Assembly: GCF_038025025.1 (NCBI RefSeq)
Contig: NW_027117338.1
Span: 2,976,001 to 3,040,000, forward strand
From: Phyllosticta citribraziliensis
Taxonomy: Eukaryota
Reading direction: 5' to 3'
Length of the DNA: 64,000 bases
The notes under the pieces: generated by a model
The model's input: only the letters and a program-made list of their open reading frames with translations
Database searches by the model: none
Told to the model about the DNA's origin: nothing
In this document: positions 36,269-47,660 of the stretch, in pieces
Layout of the letters: every line of letters starts with the position of its first letter
How positions within the stretch are numbered: position 1 is the first letter of the stretch
Made by a program: the position numbers and the translations under genes

Positions 36269-37640
36269 TCAGTACGGCTTGAACCTCTCCTTTCCCTTCT
36301 CTTTCTCCCGCTTCTTCTCCTTCCGATATGCCTTGCGCTCCTCCTTCGCACCGCCAGCACCACCTCCTTCACCACCATCCCATGCTCTCACCTTGCCATC
36401 TTCGCCGCACGAAAACAGCGTCCCGCTGCTCTCATCGACCCACACGTCGCGGACAATCTCGTCACCATGGGCGCCGGGAAGCCGCATCGCGCGCGGATCA
36501 GTCGTTACGCATGAGTAAGCCAACGGCGAATCGTCAGCACTGGCGGGCGGCTGGAGGGGAAGCAGGTCCAGATGTTGGGACGACGTGTTGCCGGCCGCTA
36601 CAACATGTGTGCCGCTGGACAGCGAGCGGTACACGTTGACGACGTACTCGCAGCCTAATTTCTCGCGCACGTCGCCGATGGAGACGGGCTTGATTTCGCT
36701 TTGAGCAGTCGCGTTGCTTTGCGAGACGTCCTCGTCGTCGTCGACGCGGTAGAAGCCCAGCGTCTCGTCGGTGCCAAACACCCAGACGTCACGGCTACTG
36801 CTGCTGTTGGATGCGGCGGATCCCAGCCATCCGGCGTGGTGCACGGCGCTGCGGTGGTTCAGCACTGCGCGAAGGGCGTCGTCCTCGTCGGCCTGGCGCA
36901 GGTCGAAGATGCTGACGAGTCCGTCTGTGCTGGCGCTGAGGAGTGCGGATGGCTGCTCCGGGTGCAAGGCGAGCTCGGTGATGGTGTCGGTGTGCGATTC
37001 GAGTAGCGAGAGGCGCGGCGCTGCTGGGGACCGCGTGTCCCAGGCGTGAATTGGCGCGTCGCCTGGTGGGTCTTTTTGCAGCTCGGCGCCGGTGATGAGG
37101 AGAGATGTGGCAGCATGTGTTGTAATGGCGGAGAGAGGGTGTGGTTTTGCTGGGAGGAATTAGCAGGACTCGGAACGGAGAGAGACTTGTATCGAAAGAG
37201 AGGTAAAGACGGCCTTGAAAAGAAAACGACGGGATATGAAAGAAACGAGAGGAGACAGGAACGATGAAAAATCAAAGACTCGAATAATTTCTCAACGCTT
37301 CTCGTCCTCTCCCCGAACAACCAGAAATGCACTCACGATTCACGAACTGCATGACTGCTTTGCGTGTCCTGCGATCCCAAAACCTCACCACGCCATCGCG
37401 ACCGCTCGTAGCCAGCACATTACCCTCGTCGTCCCAATTCTCGAGACTTGTGACGCTGTCGTGGGCGTTCTGAATCAGGCCATCGGGAAGAAGCTTCAGC
37501 GAGCTCCGGTCAAAGGTGCGGATCGAATTGTCCGACGACAAGGCCGCGAGAGCAGCGTTGCCGGCGGGTCGGAGGTCGTAGATGTACGAGTCTGGCGGCA
37601 GGTCGAGATCACCTGTAGCCAAGAGTTTTGCTGTCCGCAT
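36269..37640 (-). CDS. WD-repeat protein WDR89 homologue
   Basis: LAALSSDNSIRTFD, TSGRDGVVRFWDRR, ESHTDTITEL..HP..LLSASTDGLV, GAHGDEIVRD..FSCGEDGKVRAW, C-terminal RFKPY; intron 37150-37336. Confidence 0.88.
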
Positions 37641-38456
37641 GATGTCAAGGCTCTACAGATGGTGGTGGTCAAGGTGTCTTTGGTGTTGAAGTTTGTTATG
37701 GAGCCAGCGCCTGAGGTTGACGTCGCGAATCAAATTTTTCAAGCACCAGCAACGCAGACTGCACTTCTCCAATGCGTGTCACGTCGATGTAGCAAAGGTC
37801 TGTCTGACTGCAACGGATACAGGCCACTCTCGTTGTCTCTCACATATGATTGTCCGCTTTGGCAGCGGCCGGTAACGGAGAGAACGAGTTGCAAAATTGA
37901 TGCCGCACCGCTGTGCCAATATCCTCTCCGTGCCCCCCCTTCCAAGTTCCAACAGACCCAAAAGACACTCTCACAGTCACCGGTCTTCCCGTCTACAAGC
38001 ACAGAATGGAAAAAGTGTTCATGTCACCCTGATATGAAACGCACCGAATCATGGACTGGATTATAATGCGCGATTAACGACGGGTATGTCCCTCTAGGGA
38101 CCTTTACAGCCTGCGGTGAAGCCGACATAACGTCAGCCCTGCAGGCCACCACTCAACACTCGTCGAGAAGCTGTCGCACTGGTGGTTGCCAGGTCCCTGG
38201 AGAGAAGGAGAAGAAGAGGAAACGAAGTTGGGAGTTGAGCTTTTCACCTGGCTGCGCTGCCAACCGAGCGCCGACCTTTTTCCGGCAGAGGCATAAGCAG
38301 CGCCGCTGATTGGTCGCTGTCCCGAGGTTCCCAGCCGGGCTACCGCTCCTCCATCATCGACTGGCGGTGCTCCTCCATCGTGAACCTTTCCGTTGTCTCC
38401 ACCGCTACCGAAACCCTCTCCCCTCCACCACGCCCACGCAAGCCCGCATCGCCACA

Positions 38457-39095
38457 ATGCTTGCCCAACGCGCCTTCCATCAGTCCCTGCGCCGCGCCGT
38501 CGCGCCAGGCGCCGCCGCCAAGTTCGCCCCGGCCAGCAGCGCTCTGATGCAATCGAGGTACGACACCAAGGACCCCTCTCGCACCTCGCGCGGCGGGCCA
38601 AACGACAAAACGAACAACAAGCACGACTAACAGCGCCGCGCCTCTAGGCCCGTCGCCACCAACACCATGAGCGAGCCCGAAGGCCGCAAGATCCTCGAAA
38701 AGCAGCGCCTCAACCGCCCCGTCGCCCCGCACCTGGCCATCTACCGGCCGCAAATCACCTGGCTGGGGTCGGGCCTGAACCGCATCACGGGCGTCGCGCT
38801 GTCCGGCGGCCTGTACCTCTACGTCGCCGCCTACGTCGCCGCCCCGCTGACCGGCTGGCACCTCGAGAGCCAGAGCGTCGCCGCCGCCGTCGCCGCCTGG
38901 CCTGTCCTCGCCAAGCTGCTCGTCAAGTCCACCATCGCTTTCCCCTTCGCCTACCACAGCTTCAACGGCCTCCGCCATTTGATGTGGGATTTTGGCATGG
39001 GTTTCAAGAATAAGCAGGTTATTCAGACCGGATGGGCTGTTGTTGGCTTGAGCGTTGCGTCGGCCGTGGGATTGGCTTGCTACGGCACCTTTTAA
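38457..39095 (+). CDS. sdhC: Succinate dehydrogenase cytochrome b560 subunit (SdhC/Sdh3)
   Basis: Mitochondrial presequence MLAQRAFHQSLRR; RLNRPVAPHLAIYRPQITW..S.LNRITG; HSFNGLRHLMWD; intron 38558-38647. Confidence 0.95.
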
Positions 39096-39977
39096 ATGCG
39101 GCGAGGGCCGCTGATGGGGGACGAGATGCATGGAACGAGAAGAATATCAGTCGGATTGTACAGGGTGAGGAGGGAGTTTCGATGTTGGCCGTGAGCCAGC
39201 CAGCCGGTCGCGGTATAGATCTTTGGGATTCGGGGCGGAGTGATAGCATTCAACTTTTGATCAAGACTTTTTTTCAAAGATTTTTCCAACCTCTCTGGAC
39301 AACGAACAATTGCTCTCCAGTCCCTGCGGAATCCCTCACACTGGCAAGTCAAAGCTGTCAAGGAAAACACAATGAGCATTCAATTCCTATGTACCCAACA
39401 AAGCCCACCGGCCCCGTCCACATATTTATACAGCAGCCCGCTACATATGTACTGACTGACTGACCTATGAAGCTATCTACAGTACCCACCCCACCTATAA
39501 TGCTCATATATATACGACCAACCCATGATCCATGATCCATGCACACATACATCTATACAGACGATCGGAAGCAGAGCGGGGGCCAACGAGTGGAAGAATG
39601 CAAAGGTTGAAACGAAAAAGAAAGATACAGAGAAAGAGAAAAGTCGAAAGAGGAAATAAGACCAATTGCTCATAATCCAACGCCGTGACCCTGGTCCGAC
39701 GTGATGGTACAACAGAAGAGAAGAAAACAAGAAAAGACACCCTACAGCATGCGTGCGCGACATATTCTACATGTACTCGTTTTGAAACAGAAAAGGGGGA
39801 AACAGGGAAAACACAGGGAGGGGGGCAGATATGCTGCGTGTGTTGCGTACTTTTGTTCGTGCATGCGGTACGTGAAATCATCTCCAACAGCAGGAGACGA
39901 TAGCACCACCACTGTCACCTACGTTCCACAACACCATGTATCGCGCGTCAAGCTGAGCTTGGCTACGACGACGAAGC

Positions 39978-42900
39978 TCACCTCAACATGTACCCATAGT
40001 CGGGCAAACCACCCACAAAGCGGCGGACGACGGCATCGCCAAAATCGCCCTCCTGGCTCTCGCCGCGCCACTCGTCACCGCCCCAGCCAAAATCAAGCGC
40101 GGGCAGTGGGTCCATCGGCGCCGGCGGTATTGACGGAGCGTCAAACTCCTCGTACTCCTCGAGCGGCCGCGGCTGCGCGCCAAACGCCGACTTGCGCGCC
40201 TTCTGGCGCTCGGCCTCGTCGAGCTCGAGCGCTTCCGACGACGGCGCCAGGATCTGGTCGAACGTCGTGGCGTGCGCGTTGGGCGACACGCGCGTCTTGG
40301 TCGGCTGCAGGATGGCGTCAAAGGTGATGGGTTTGGGGGGCTGCGGCGTCGATACTGTGCGGTTGTGCGCAGCAGCACCTTTGGGTGAGGTGGTGGTAGT
40401 CGAAGGCTTTTCAAAAATGGAAAAGTCGGCGCTGGCCCAGGGGTCGTCGGTTGGCGAGGCCGTGGTTGCGGATTGAGGGTAGATGCGGGCTTGGGTTGGA
40501 GAGGGCTTGGGGATGGAAAGCTCCGCCGACTCGGTGGGCGTCGAAGATGATTTGAGTGGATTCAGCGGACTGGGAGAAAGGGCAGAAGGTGGTGGTGGGA
40601 GGGGGGAAGGCGAAATGGTCGTGGACGTCTTGGAAAACCATGACGATCCTTTGGTGCCCGCGGGTGGCGAGACAGCAGCAGTTCTCATCGACTCTGGGAC
40701 CAATGGACTGACAGGCTGAGAACGGCGAGGCTGAGGCGTTGGGGGCATGCTGACGGGAGGTATGTTGCGAGTGGGCTGCCATGGATTGGAAGATGGCTCG
40801 GGAATCGCGAGGGATGGTGACATGACTGTGGCCGATTCCATGTCGCCCCAGTCGTCTTCCTCGTTGCCACCATTTCCTACTGCCGTGTCGATCCGTGGCA
40901 GCTCAGGATTCGGCTTTGATTCTGCCGTGGCTGACGGCGCAGAAATGGCCGAGTCCAAAGGCAGAATCGAGTCGGGCTCTTGCTTCTTTGTCGAATCTCG
41001 CCAGGGGTCTTCATCATGGCCCTTCAAGCCTGGCGACGAGACGGGAGAGTTTACCCAGTCATCGTATTCTGGCTCCGCTGAATCGTCAATGGTGATTGAA
41101 AGATCTGGTTTCTTCTTCGAAGGCGCCTCATTCTGCTCTGTCTTGGACAAATCTTCCAAAGAAGCCCACGGCGTATGCTCAGTCCACGGATTGCTCTTCA
41201 TGGTCTTCTCCACAGTAGGTGGTTGACTCCATGGGTTTTCAGCTGCAGGCTCGGGATCTGGTGCATTTTCATCACGCCAGTCCTGAGACACTGTAGCATC
41301 CCACGGATTATCCATGGCCGAGACTGTTGGAATAGGCTCGGTCTGAACTCGTGAAACCGTCGGAACGGCAGCGCTCGACACCGACCTTTTGTGCGCAGTC
41401 TCCTTTTTCGACTTGGGAAGGAACCCAAGCGATATCCTCCTAAAATGACCGGGCCGCTGGGGCTTGGGAGTCGCAGGTGGCTCGGACGGACTGGGCGACA
41501 AAAGGATAGAGGCATTGCCTTGAGCCAACGAGCTGAGCCTTTTGCCCTTTTTCTTCATCTGTGCAAAATCTGGCACTGGTGTAGGTTCAGCCACAGGTTT
41601 TGCTTCAGGCCGAGGGGAGGGCGGTGAAGATGCCCAAGGGTTTTCAGAAGTCTCTTGTTTAGGTGTGGCGGCTTTTGAGGGCGGAGCAGAATAGGTACGC
41701 TGAGGCAGTTTCCAGCCAAAAGGACTCTTGCGCTTTGGGGCAGGCTTGCTCTCCTCTTTCTTCTCGATAATGGTAGTAGGCATAGTAGCAGACTTTGCTG
41801 GGCCCCAGTTCGAGGAGGCGTCAAAATATGCCCCGGAAGATTCAGCCTCATGCGAGTCCTTGCTTTCAAAACTGGGCTTTGAGATTGAGGCCGGAGGTGA
41901 TGAGCCTAGAGCGTTCCATCCAGATGTTGCAGAGCCTCCAATCAAAGAAGAGTCGTCGTCCATTTCCTTCTCAAAGCTAGGCTTGTCAGGTGGAGCAGAC
42001 AACGTAGTATCTGCAGAGCCCCAGTTGAAGACATCATTGAGGTCGTCGTTATGTTGCAGCGATTCCACTTTCCCTTGCTGTTCGAAACTGGTTTTTGAAG
42101 GTGGAGCAGACAGGCTTGTCTGTGATGAGTTCCAACCAAAGGCTGCACCAGATAAGGGACTTGAATTGAATGGCTTGCTTAGTGGAGGGACTTGGAGGGA
42201 TTGCGGACGTTGTTTGACTTCCGCATCGAACGACATCTGCTTTGGCATTGACGCCGATGCGTTCCTCTTGTGTGACATGACTGTCGAAGCCGGCGAGACA
42301 GGATAGTCCCAGCCAAAGACAGCCCCCGGCTTTCCACCAAGCAGAGTGCGTCCGTTGATGCGATCCTCTGTAGTCCATCTTGCAACGATTTTGGTGACTT
42401 CCGCCCTCGTGGCTGATTCATGCCAACCAACGCGGACGTAGCTATTTCCATCGTTGCCACTTTCGAATTTCCGCAGCGTCTCTCTTCGAGTGACCCGGTA
42501 CCATGACTTGCGCGCAGATACAGGAGCAACTGGGCTGAAAGGAATTTCCTTTCCTTTATCGATATTTACCTGGACGGGGAACAATTGATCGATGAGTGAC
42601 AAATCGGGCTTGAGAGACAGTCTTCGTCCAAGGTCTGCTGCGGACGAACTCGAAGCTGCGGCAGGTGGTGGAGTCACTGCCTTGTCAGACGTAGCATCTG
42701 CTTTTGAGTCCGCGTCAGGAGTTTGTTCAAACTCTTCCTCAAAATCTCCAAAGTCTCCAAAATCGTCTTCCTCTAGGTTGTCCTCGGTAATCTCGAGATT
42801 CGGCTCGCATACATCATGGGTTTTCTGGTCTTTCAGTCCTTCTGGATCCTCTTGGTGATGGTCATTCGCGGGTGCTTTGGGCTCCGATGCACCCTTGAGT

Positions 42901-43565
42901 TTGTTGTCGTCCTCGAAAGAGGTTCTCGATTCGGAGGATTCTTCGTCGTGGCTATCATCCGAAGGTGAAGCGGAGCGGCCAGTCGATGCTCGACTCTCCA
43001 AATCTTGAGACGACCTCGGCAGAGCGTCTTCACCAGAAACAGCCTCACTAGCAGCAGTGCCTGCAGAACCCGGCCTCACAGTCGATTCCGAATCGGAGGG
43101 GTCAACACCGTGCGGGATAGGTTTTGCGGGGGATGGAGTGGCGGTCCTAGATGGTCCTTCGGTCTCGGGTGGCGGTGTGAAGTCGGTTGACAGCGTTTCC
43201 GCAGGTGTGTCGGTAGTTTCTTCAGGTGCATTCTTCGGCTGGTCCCAAACAGACGGCTGCAAGGCCCCTGATTCTTCAACCTCCGCACTGGCGGAGAGCT
43301 TTTCTGGTTTCTCCGTCGTGTCATTCTCACTTGCAACCTTCTCGGCGACTACCAGGTCGGCGGCGCTGGGCTCGTCTCTTGTTGCGTTTGCCCAGGCGTC
43401 AGCCTCCTTTGCCGTGTCCCAAACGGATTCGCCCTCGAAAAACCCGCCGAGCACAGGTGTAGAAGTGGAAGTCGAGTTCCGGGTTGTCGTAGCTACGCTG
43501 TCGAGCGGCTCAATGTGTTTCGGATTGTTGACGGCGTCGGCCCATGGGTCTCCCCAGTCGTCCAT
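39978..43565 (-). CDS. Large disordered protein rich in FGDF/WGD/DPW/NPW motifs; putative aftiphilin/Laa2-like clathrin-adaptor accessory protein
   Basis: 1195-aa single ORF; DDFGDFGDFEEEF, MDDWGDPWAD, EDDWGDM, DDPWASADFSIFE; C-terminal VRRFVGGLPDYGYML. The gene itself is well supported; the function is inferred. Confidence 0.75.
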   Translation of the reverse strand: MDDWGDPWADAVNNPKHIEPLDSVATTTRNSTSTSTPVLGGFFEGESVWDTAKEADAWANATRDEPSAADLVVAEKVASENDTTEKPEKLSASAEVEESGALQPSVWDQPKNAPEETTDTPAETLSTDFTPPPETEGPSRTATPSPAKPIPHGVDPSDSESTVRPGSAGTAASEAVSGEDALPRSSQDLESRASTGRSASPSDDSHDEESSESRTSFEDDNKLKGASEPKAPANDHHQEDPEGLKDQKTHDVCEPNLEITEDNLEEDDFGDFGDFEEEFEQTPDADSKADATSDKAVTPPPAAASSSSAADLGRRLSLKPDLSLIDQLFPVQVNIDKGKEIPFSPVAPVSARKSWYRVTRRETLRKFESGNDGNSYVRVGWHESATRAEVTKIVARWTTEDRINGRTLLGGKPGAVFGWDYPVSPASTVMSHKRNASASMPKQMSFDAEVKQRPQSLQVPPLSKPFNSSPLSGAAFGWNSSQTSLSAPPSKTSFEQQGKVESLQHNDDLNDVFNWGSADTTLSAPPDKPSFEKEMDDDSSLIGGSATSGWNALGSSPPASISKPSFESKDSHEAESSGAYFDASSNWGPAKSATMPTTIIEKKEESKPAPKRKSPFGWKLPQRTYSAPPSKAATPKQETSENPWASSPPSPRPEAKPVAEPTPVPDFAQMKKKGKRLSSLAQGNASILLSPSPSEPPATPKPQRPGHFRRISLGFLPKSKKETAHKRSVSSAAVPTVSRVQTEPIPTVSAMDNPWDATVSQDWRDENAPDPEPAAENPWSQPPTVEKTMKSNPWTEHTPWASLEDLSKTEQNEAPSKKKPDLSITIDDSAEPEYDDWVNSPVSSPGLKGHDEDPWRDSTKKQEPDSILPLDSAISAPSATAESKPNPELPRIDTAVGNGGNEEDDWGDMESATVMSPSLAIPEPSSNPWQPTRNIPPVSMPPTPQPRRSQPVSPLVPESMRTAAVSPPAGTKGSSWFSKTSTTISPSPLPPPPSALSPSPLNPLKSSSTPTESAELSIPKPSPTQARIYPQSATTASPTDDPWASADFSIFEKPSTTTTSPKGAAAHNRTVSTPQPPKPITFDAILQPTKTRVSPNAHATTFDQILAPSSEALELDEAERQKARKSAFGAQPRPLEEYEEFDAPSIPPAPMDPLPALDFGWGGDEWRGESQEGDFGDAVVRRFVGGLPDYGYMLR

Positions 43566-44637
43566 GATGGATTTGTCGCGGGCCTAGTGCTCCTCGGGGA
43601 AGGTGTATTCATGTCAATTGGGCGGCGGACGGCATGGTGTTTGCAGGTTCGGCTCGGAGGCTGGGCGAGAAAAGAGAGGCGGAGAGACGATTCAACATGG
43701 CGGTGAGCTCAGGGTCGATGCACTGGGTCCCAGTGGAGTCGGGTTCAGCCAGCACCTCACCTCAACCCGGACGCCGTCGCCGGGGAAGTGGTTGCACGCG
43801 GGCCCGTGCGCTTAACGCGCTTGACCGGGCTCGGGCGTTGGGCCTGAGGCAAACAGGACGTCACTCGACCTTCCCCTAGACCATCAACTGCAACCATGTC
43901 CATGTCCCAGCCCTCAGCTTTGCTCAATTCCACACCATCTGTTAGTGGCAGAAAGCCATAGTGTCGACTGTCGTCGCGTGGCAGACACGGAATTCCAACA
44001 TCTTCCACTCAGCTGGCCCTTGCTGAGCGCTTCCCCGCATGCCTTACCCCAGCTCCGAGCCATGGACCAACACGCCGGTTTCTTCGCAGCGACCTTGACA
44101 CACACTGTTGGCTTTTCTCCTGCATCGGAATCTCTTCTCTGCCATCGCCAAGTACATTCTAAAGGCTTTCGCCAATCACACCGGACATATGACGATCTCC
44201 GACAAGGTTGACGGCTCAAAGAAGCTTGACATAACCAAAGGCGGACAAGCCCAGACACCGACCCATGCCAATGGTTTAGCTCCCTTTCTCGCAGTCTTTC
44301 GAGGATCCTTCCTTTCAATTATATCCTGAAACTCTGTCTTCAGAGTGGGCATGAAGGCCACTGATAGCCGATTCATGGGCAAAATCAAACTTGGAACAAA
44401 TGCCCCGTCCTCTAGCTCCATATCTACGGGAATAAAAACCATCGACAGCGATTTCACCAGTGAAGGCAGCTGCCGCCCGTCCCGCCAACGGGCCGCCCGG
44501 ATCAATCCATCTGGTCGCTGATAGCTGCCGCCAGGGTTCAGCCGCTTTGGGTGACTAAAAGGCGTGTACCCTCCATTTTGTTTTTGCAAAGACTATTACG
44601 AACTCGACCTGGAACAAATCGCTCGTACGAACAAAAC

Positions 44638-46535
44638 ATGCCGGTTGAGTCCAAATTCAAAATCGACATTCCCTCGTGCAATCTTCTTTCGTATCTCTTC
44701 CCAACAGATGAAAAGCCATCAGACCAGCCGATTTGGATTGATGCCGACGACACTTCCAAGTCACTTTCGCCAGCACAGTTGTTGAAATGGGTCAAGAGGA
44801 TTGGCCTCGGCCTTGAACGGCTGGGAGTGCAAAAGGGTGACGTCGTCTTGTTGTACTCGCCAAATCATCTGCACATCGTGAGTGCCTGGTTTGGGATTGT
44901 CGGCGCAGGCGGAGTGTTCAGCGGTTGCAACCCGGCGTATGGAGTCGCAGGTAAGCGTGCAAAATTCTGGTAAATTGTTATGTATCATCCGCCGTCAATG
45001 AGACCATTTCCTGAATGGCTGGGCGCATGGTGCGAGACGTACTTTGTCCCGACTTCTTAAGCAGACCCCAGAGATATGTTTGTTCGGATCCACGACAAGC
45101 TTTTTCAACAACATTCGCTGACCAAGATCCCTGGCAGAACTCGCGTACCAAATGGAAAACACAATGGCCAAGTACGTTCTGGTTGAACCAACGCTGCTGG
45201 AAAACCTACTGCAAGCTGCAAAGAAGAACAATTTCCCTCGGAGCCGGATGTTTCTCTTTTCCGACGTCATTTGTCCCATGCAAAAGGGAATTCCCGACTG
45301 GCAAAGCATCCTCCCCTCAGAGCAAGAAGCTCTCTCCTGGAAGTGGCCGAATCTCGATGGGGACGCTGCTCGCACCACCTTGGCAGCGCTCAACTACTCC
45401 TCTGGGACCACGGGTCTCCCAAAAGGCGTCATGATAAGTCATTACAACTTGGTGGCAAAGATTGCACAGACCATTTTCATGCGCGACCTCGAGCAGCCCT
45501 ACTCTCCTTCCAATCGTCCACAGGAGCGCTGGCTGGGGTTTCTGCCAATGTACCATGCCTACGGCCAAGTCTTCTACACGGCCATGGCTGCAAAGACGGT
45601 GTCACCCTGCTACATCATGCGCAGTTTCACCTACAGAAAGTTTCTGGAAAAAATGCAAAATCATCGCATCACGCACCTCCAAACGGCACCTCCAATCATC
45701 GTCATGCTAGCCAAGCGGCCGGAGACGTCGGAGTACAACCTCAGCAGCCTGGTCCATATCCTCTGCGGCGCCGCTCCGCTCTCTGCCGAACTCCAAAACG
45801 AGGTCTCGGACCGCTTTGGCGTCAAGATCGTGCAGACGTGGGGAATGACGGAGCTCACATGCTCCGCTGTGCACGTTCCGGGCGGACGAGTCGATCGAAG
45901 CGGCAGTATTGGCCTTATCGACCCCAACACCACCGTCAAGGTGCTCGACGACGATGGCCTAGAGGTTGGGCCGGGAGAGCGCGGCGAAGTGCATGTTCGT
46001 GGTCCGAATGCCTGTATTGGGTACTGGCGAAACCCCAAGGCCACGAAAGAGCTATTTGACGATGATGGGTTCATCAGGACTGGCGATATTGGAGTCCGGG
46101 ATTTCGAGCCCAAGTTTTGGATCGTCGATCGAAAGAAGGAGTTGATCAAGGTCAAGGCGTACCAGGTGGCGCCGGCCGAACTGGAAGCCCTCTTGCTGGA
46201 AAATGAAGCCGTGGCGGATGCTGCCGTTGTCGGGTTAAAAATGTCTGTTGCCGTCTTTTGTTGCAACTGCGTCTTGCTAATTGATGACTAGGGACCACGA
46301 GGAGTTTCCCCGAGCATACGTCGCTTTGAAAGACCATTTCAAAGGCCAGGTTTCCGAAACCGACATCGTCCAGTGGGTTGCTGGCCGCGTTGCAAAGTAC
46401 AAGCAGCTGCTGGGTGGAGTCAAGTTTGTTGACGAGGTTCCAAAGTTGCTGTCGGGAAAAATTCAGCGAAGGACCGTTCGAGAGTGGGCGGCTAGAGATG
46501 CGAAATATTTGCAGGCACCGCAGTCGAGGCTCTGA
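44638..46535 (+). CDS. Peroxisomal 4-coumarate/phenylacetate-CoA ligase-like AMP-binding enzyme
   Basis: YSSGTTGLPKGV, QTWGMTE, TGD, DRKKELIK, PAELE, PKLLSGKI; PTS1 -SRL; introns 44951-45137 and 46243-46291. Confidence 0.92.
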
Positions 46536-47443
46536 AAAGCTCATTCGCGACCTGGTCGGCGCATGGCTTGTGATATGGATAGATTGGTCGTGATTCGTCT
46601 CGTTGCGTCTTGGTAGAGCCAATGTTTGAATGCTTCAACAGCCAGATGTGGTTTCGCAAAGACGACGGAATCAGAAAGTAGATCAAAGCTTTGGATTCAA
46701 ACCGGCTCTCATCGTGTTAGTATTTGATGCACAAAAACCTGCTCGATGCAAAGCCGTCCAAATACAAAGTGTTGTTTCGGAAACTTGCTCCACAATCTCA
46801 CCGCCAGGCCATGACGCACGGAAGCTTTCGAGCAGCAAGTAACGAGCCACGTCAGCAACAGAAATGTGGTCCCGTCTCCAGCTTTATCAAAACCGCATCC
46901 CCCGAACAACCGCAACACAATGTGACACCGTCTTCCACCACCCGTCTTGAGGAAGGCAGAGGAGGGACATGGATCCGTCGAGGTGCGGCGCGGTACGTAT
47001 AGCCGAGTGGTGCTCGGGCTTTAAGTCGGCGAAGGTACGTATACCGTATACGGGCATGGCACGGGTGGCGGAGACGATGGGTATACTGACTGACGACGAA
47101 AAGCAGATCTGGTTGATGGACAGGATCCGATCTGGACAGAGCCAATGGTCCCGAGGCAATTTGAGGAGCGGGCTAGTAGCAGGCTGGCTTGGCTTCCTGG
47201 CTGTTTGGTTTTCCAGACAGACACGAGGTCGAAGAAGGCGACGCTAAGCTCAGGCGTTCAAGACCCCGGCAGGATCCTCGATCGGCGCACACGCAGCGCA
47301 GCGCAGCGGTGGGGCGGCCGTGTCTGCAAAGGGCATGCCGGGAGTCGCATGGGATGGCATGGAACTGGAACGGAGGGCGGTCAGGTGTTATCGAGGAGTT
47401 TGTGGTGTGTTTTGGGCCGGCGTTGGATGAATGTTGGCGTTTC

Positions 47444-47611
47444 ATCTGATAAGCCATGGCAGTCTTGGTGTTGTCCTGGATGGGTGTGGTCCCCCACCCC
47501 TTGGCCCTCCCGATTCATGCTGAGCGGAGTCGAGCGAGTCCACCCGGCTGAGAAATTAGCGTCCGGCTTCGGCGGAACTCGGCCCAGCAGAATCAGACAA
47601 CAATCTGATAA
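47444..47611 (+). promoter_or_regulatory. Two SreA-type iron-responsive GATA elements ATCTGATAA (47444-47452, 47603-47611) plus near-match ATCAGACAA (47592-47600)
   Basis: Exact matches to the ATCWGATAA consensus 217 and 58 bp upstream of the hapX ATG. Confidence 0.7.
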
Positions 47612-47660
47612 GATCCGTTCGCCTCCCCCCAGCACCTTACCACTCCTCTCCCCGCCAATA

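Noticed and set aside
43700..43760. tRNA-like segment with a CACTGG/CCAGTG hairpin and GGTTCA
   Set aside because: No cloverleaf, acceptor stem or proper A/B boxes.
47145..47660. 172-codon N-terminal extension of HapX in the ORF track
   Set aside because: The track uses a non-ATG start; the region holds promoter GATA elements, and ATG 47661 has good context.
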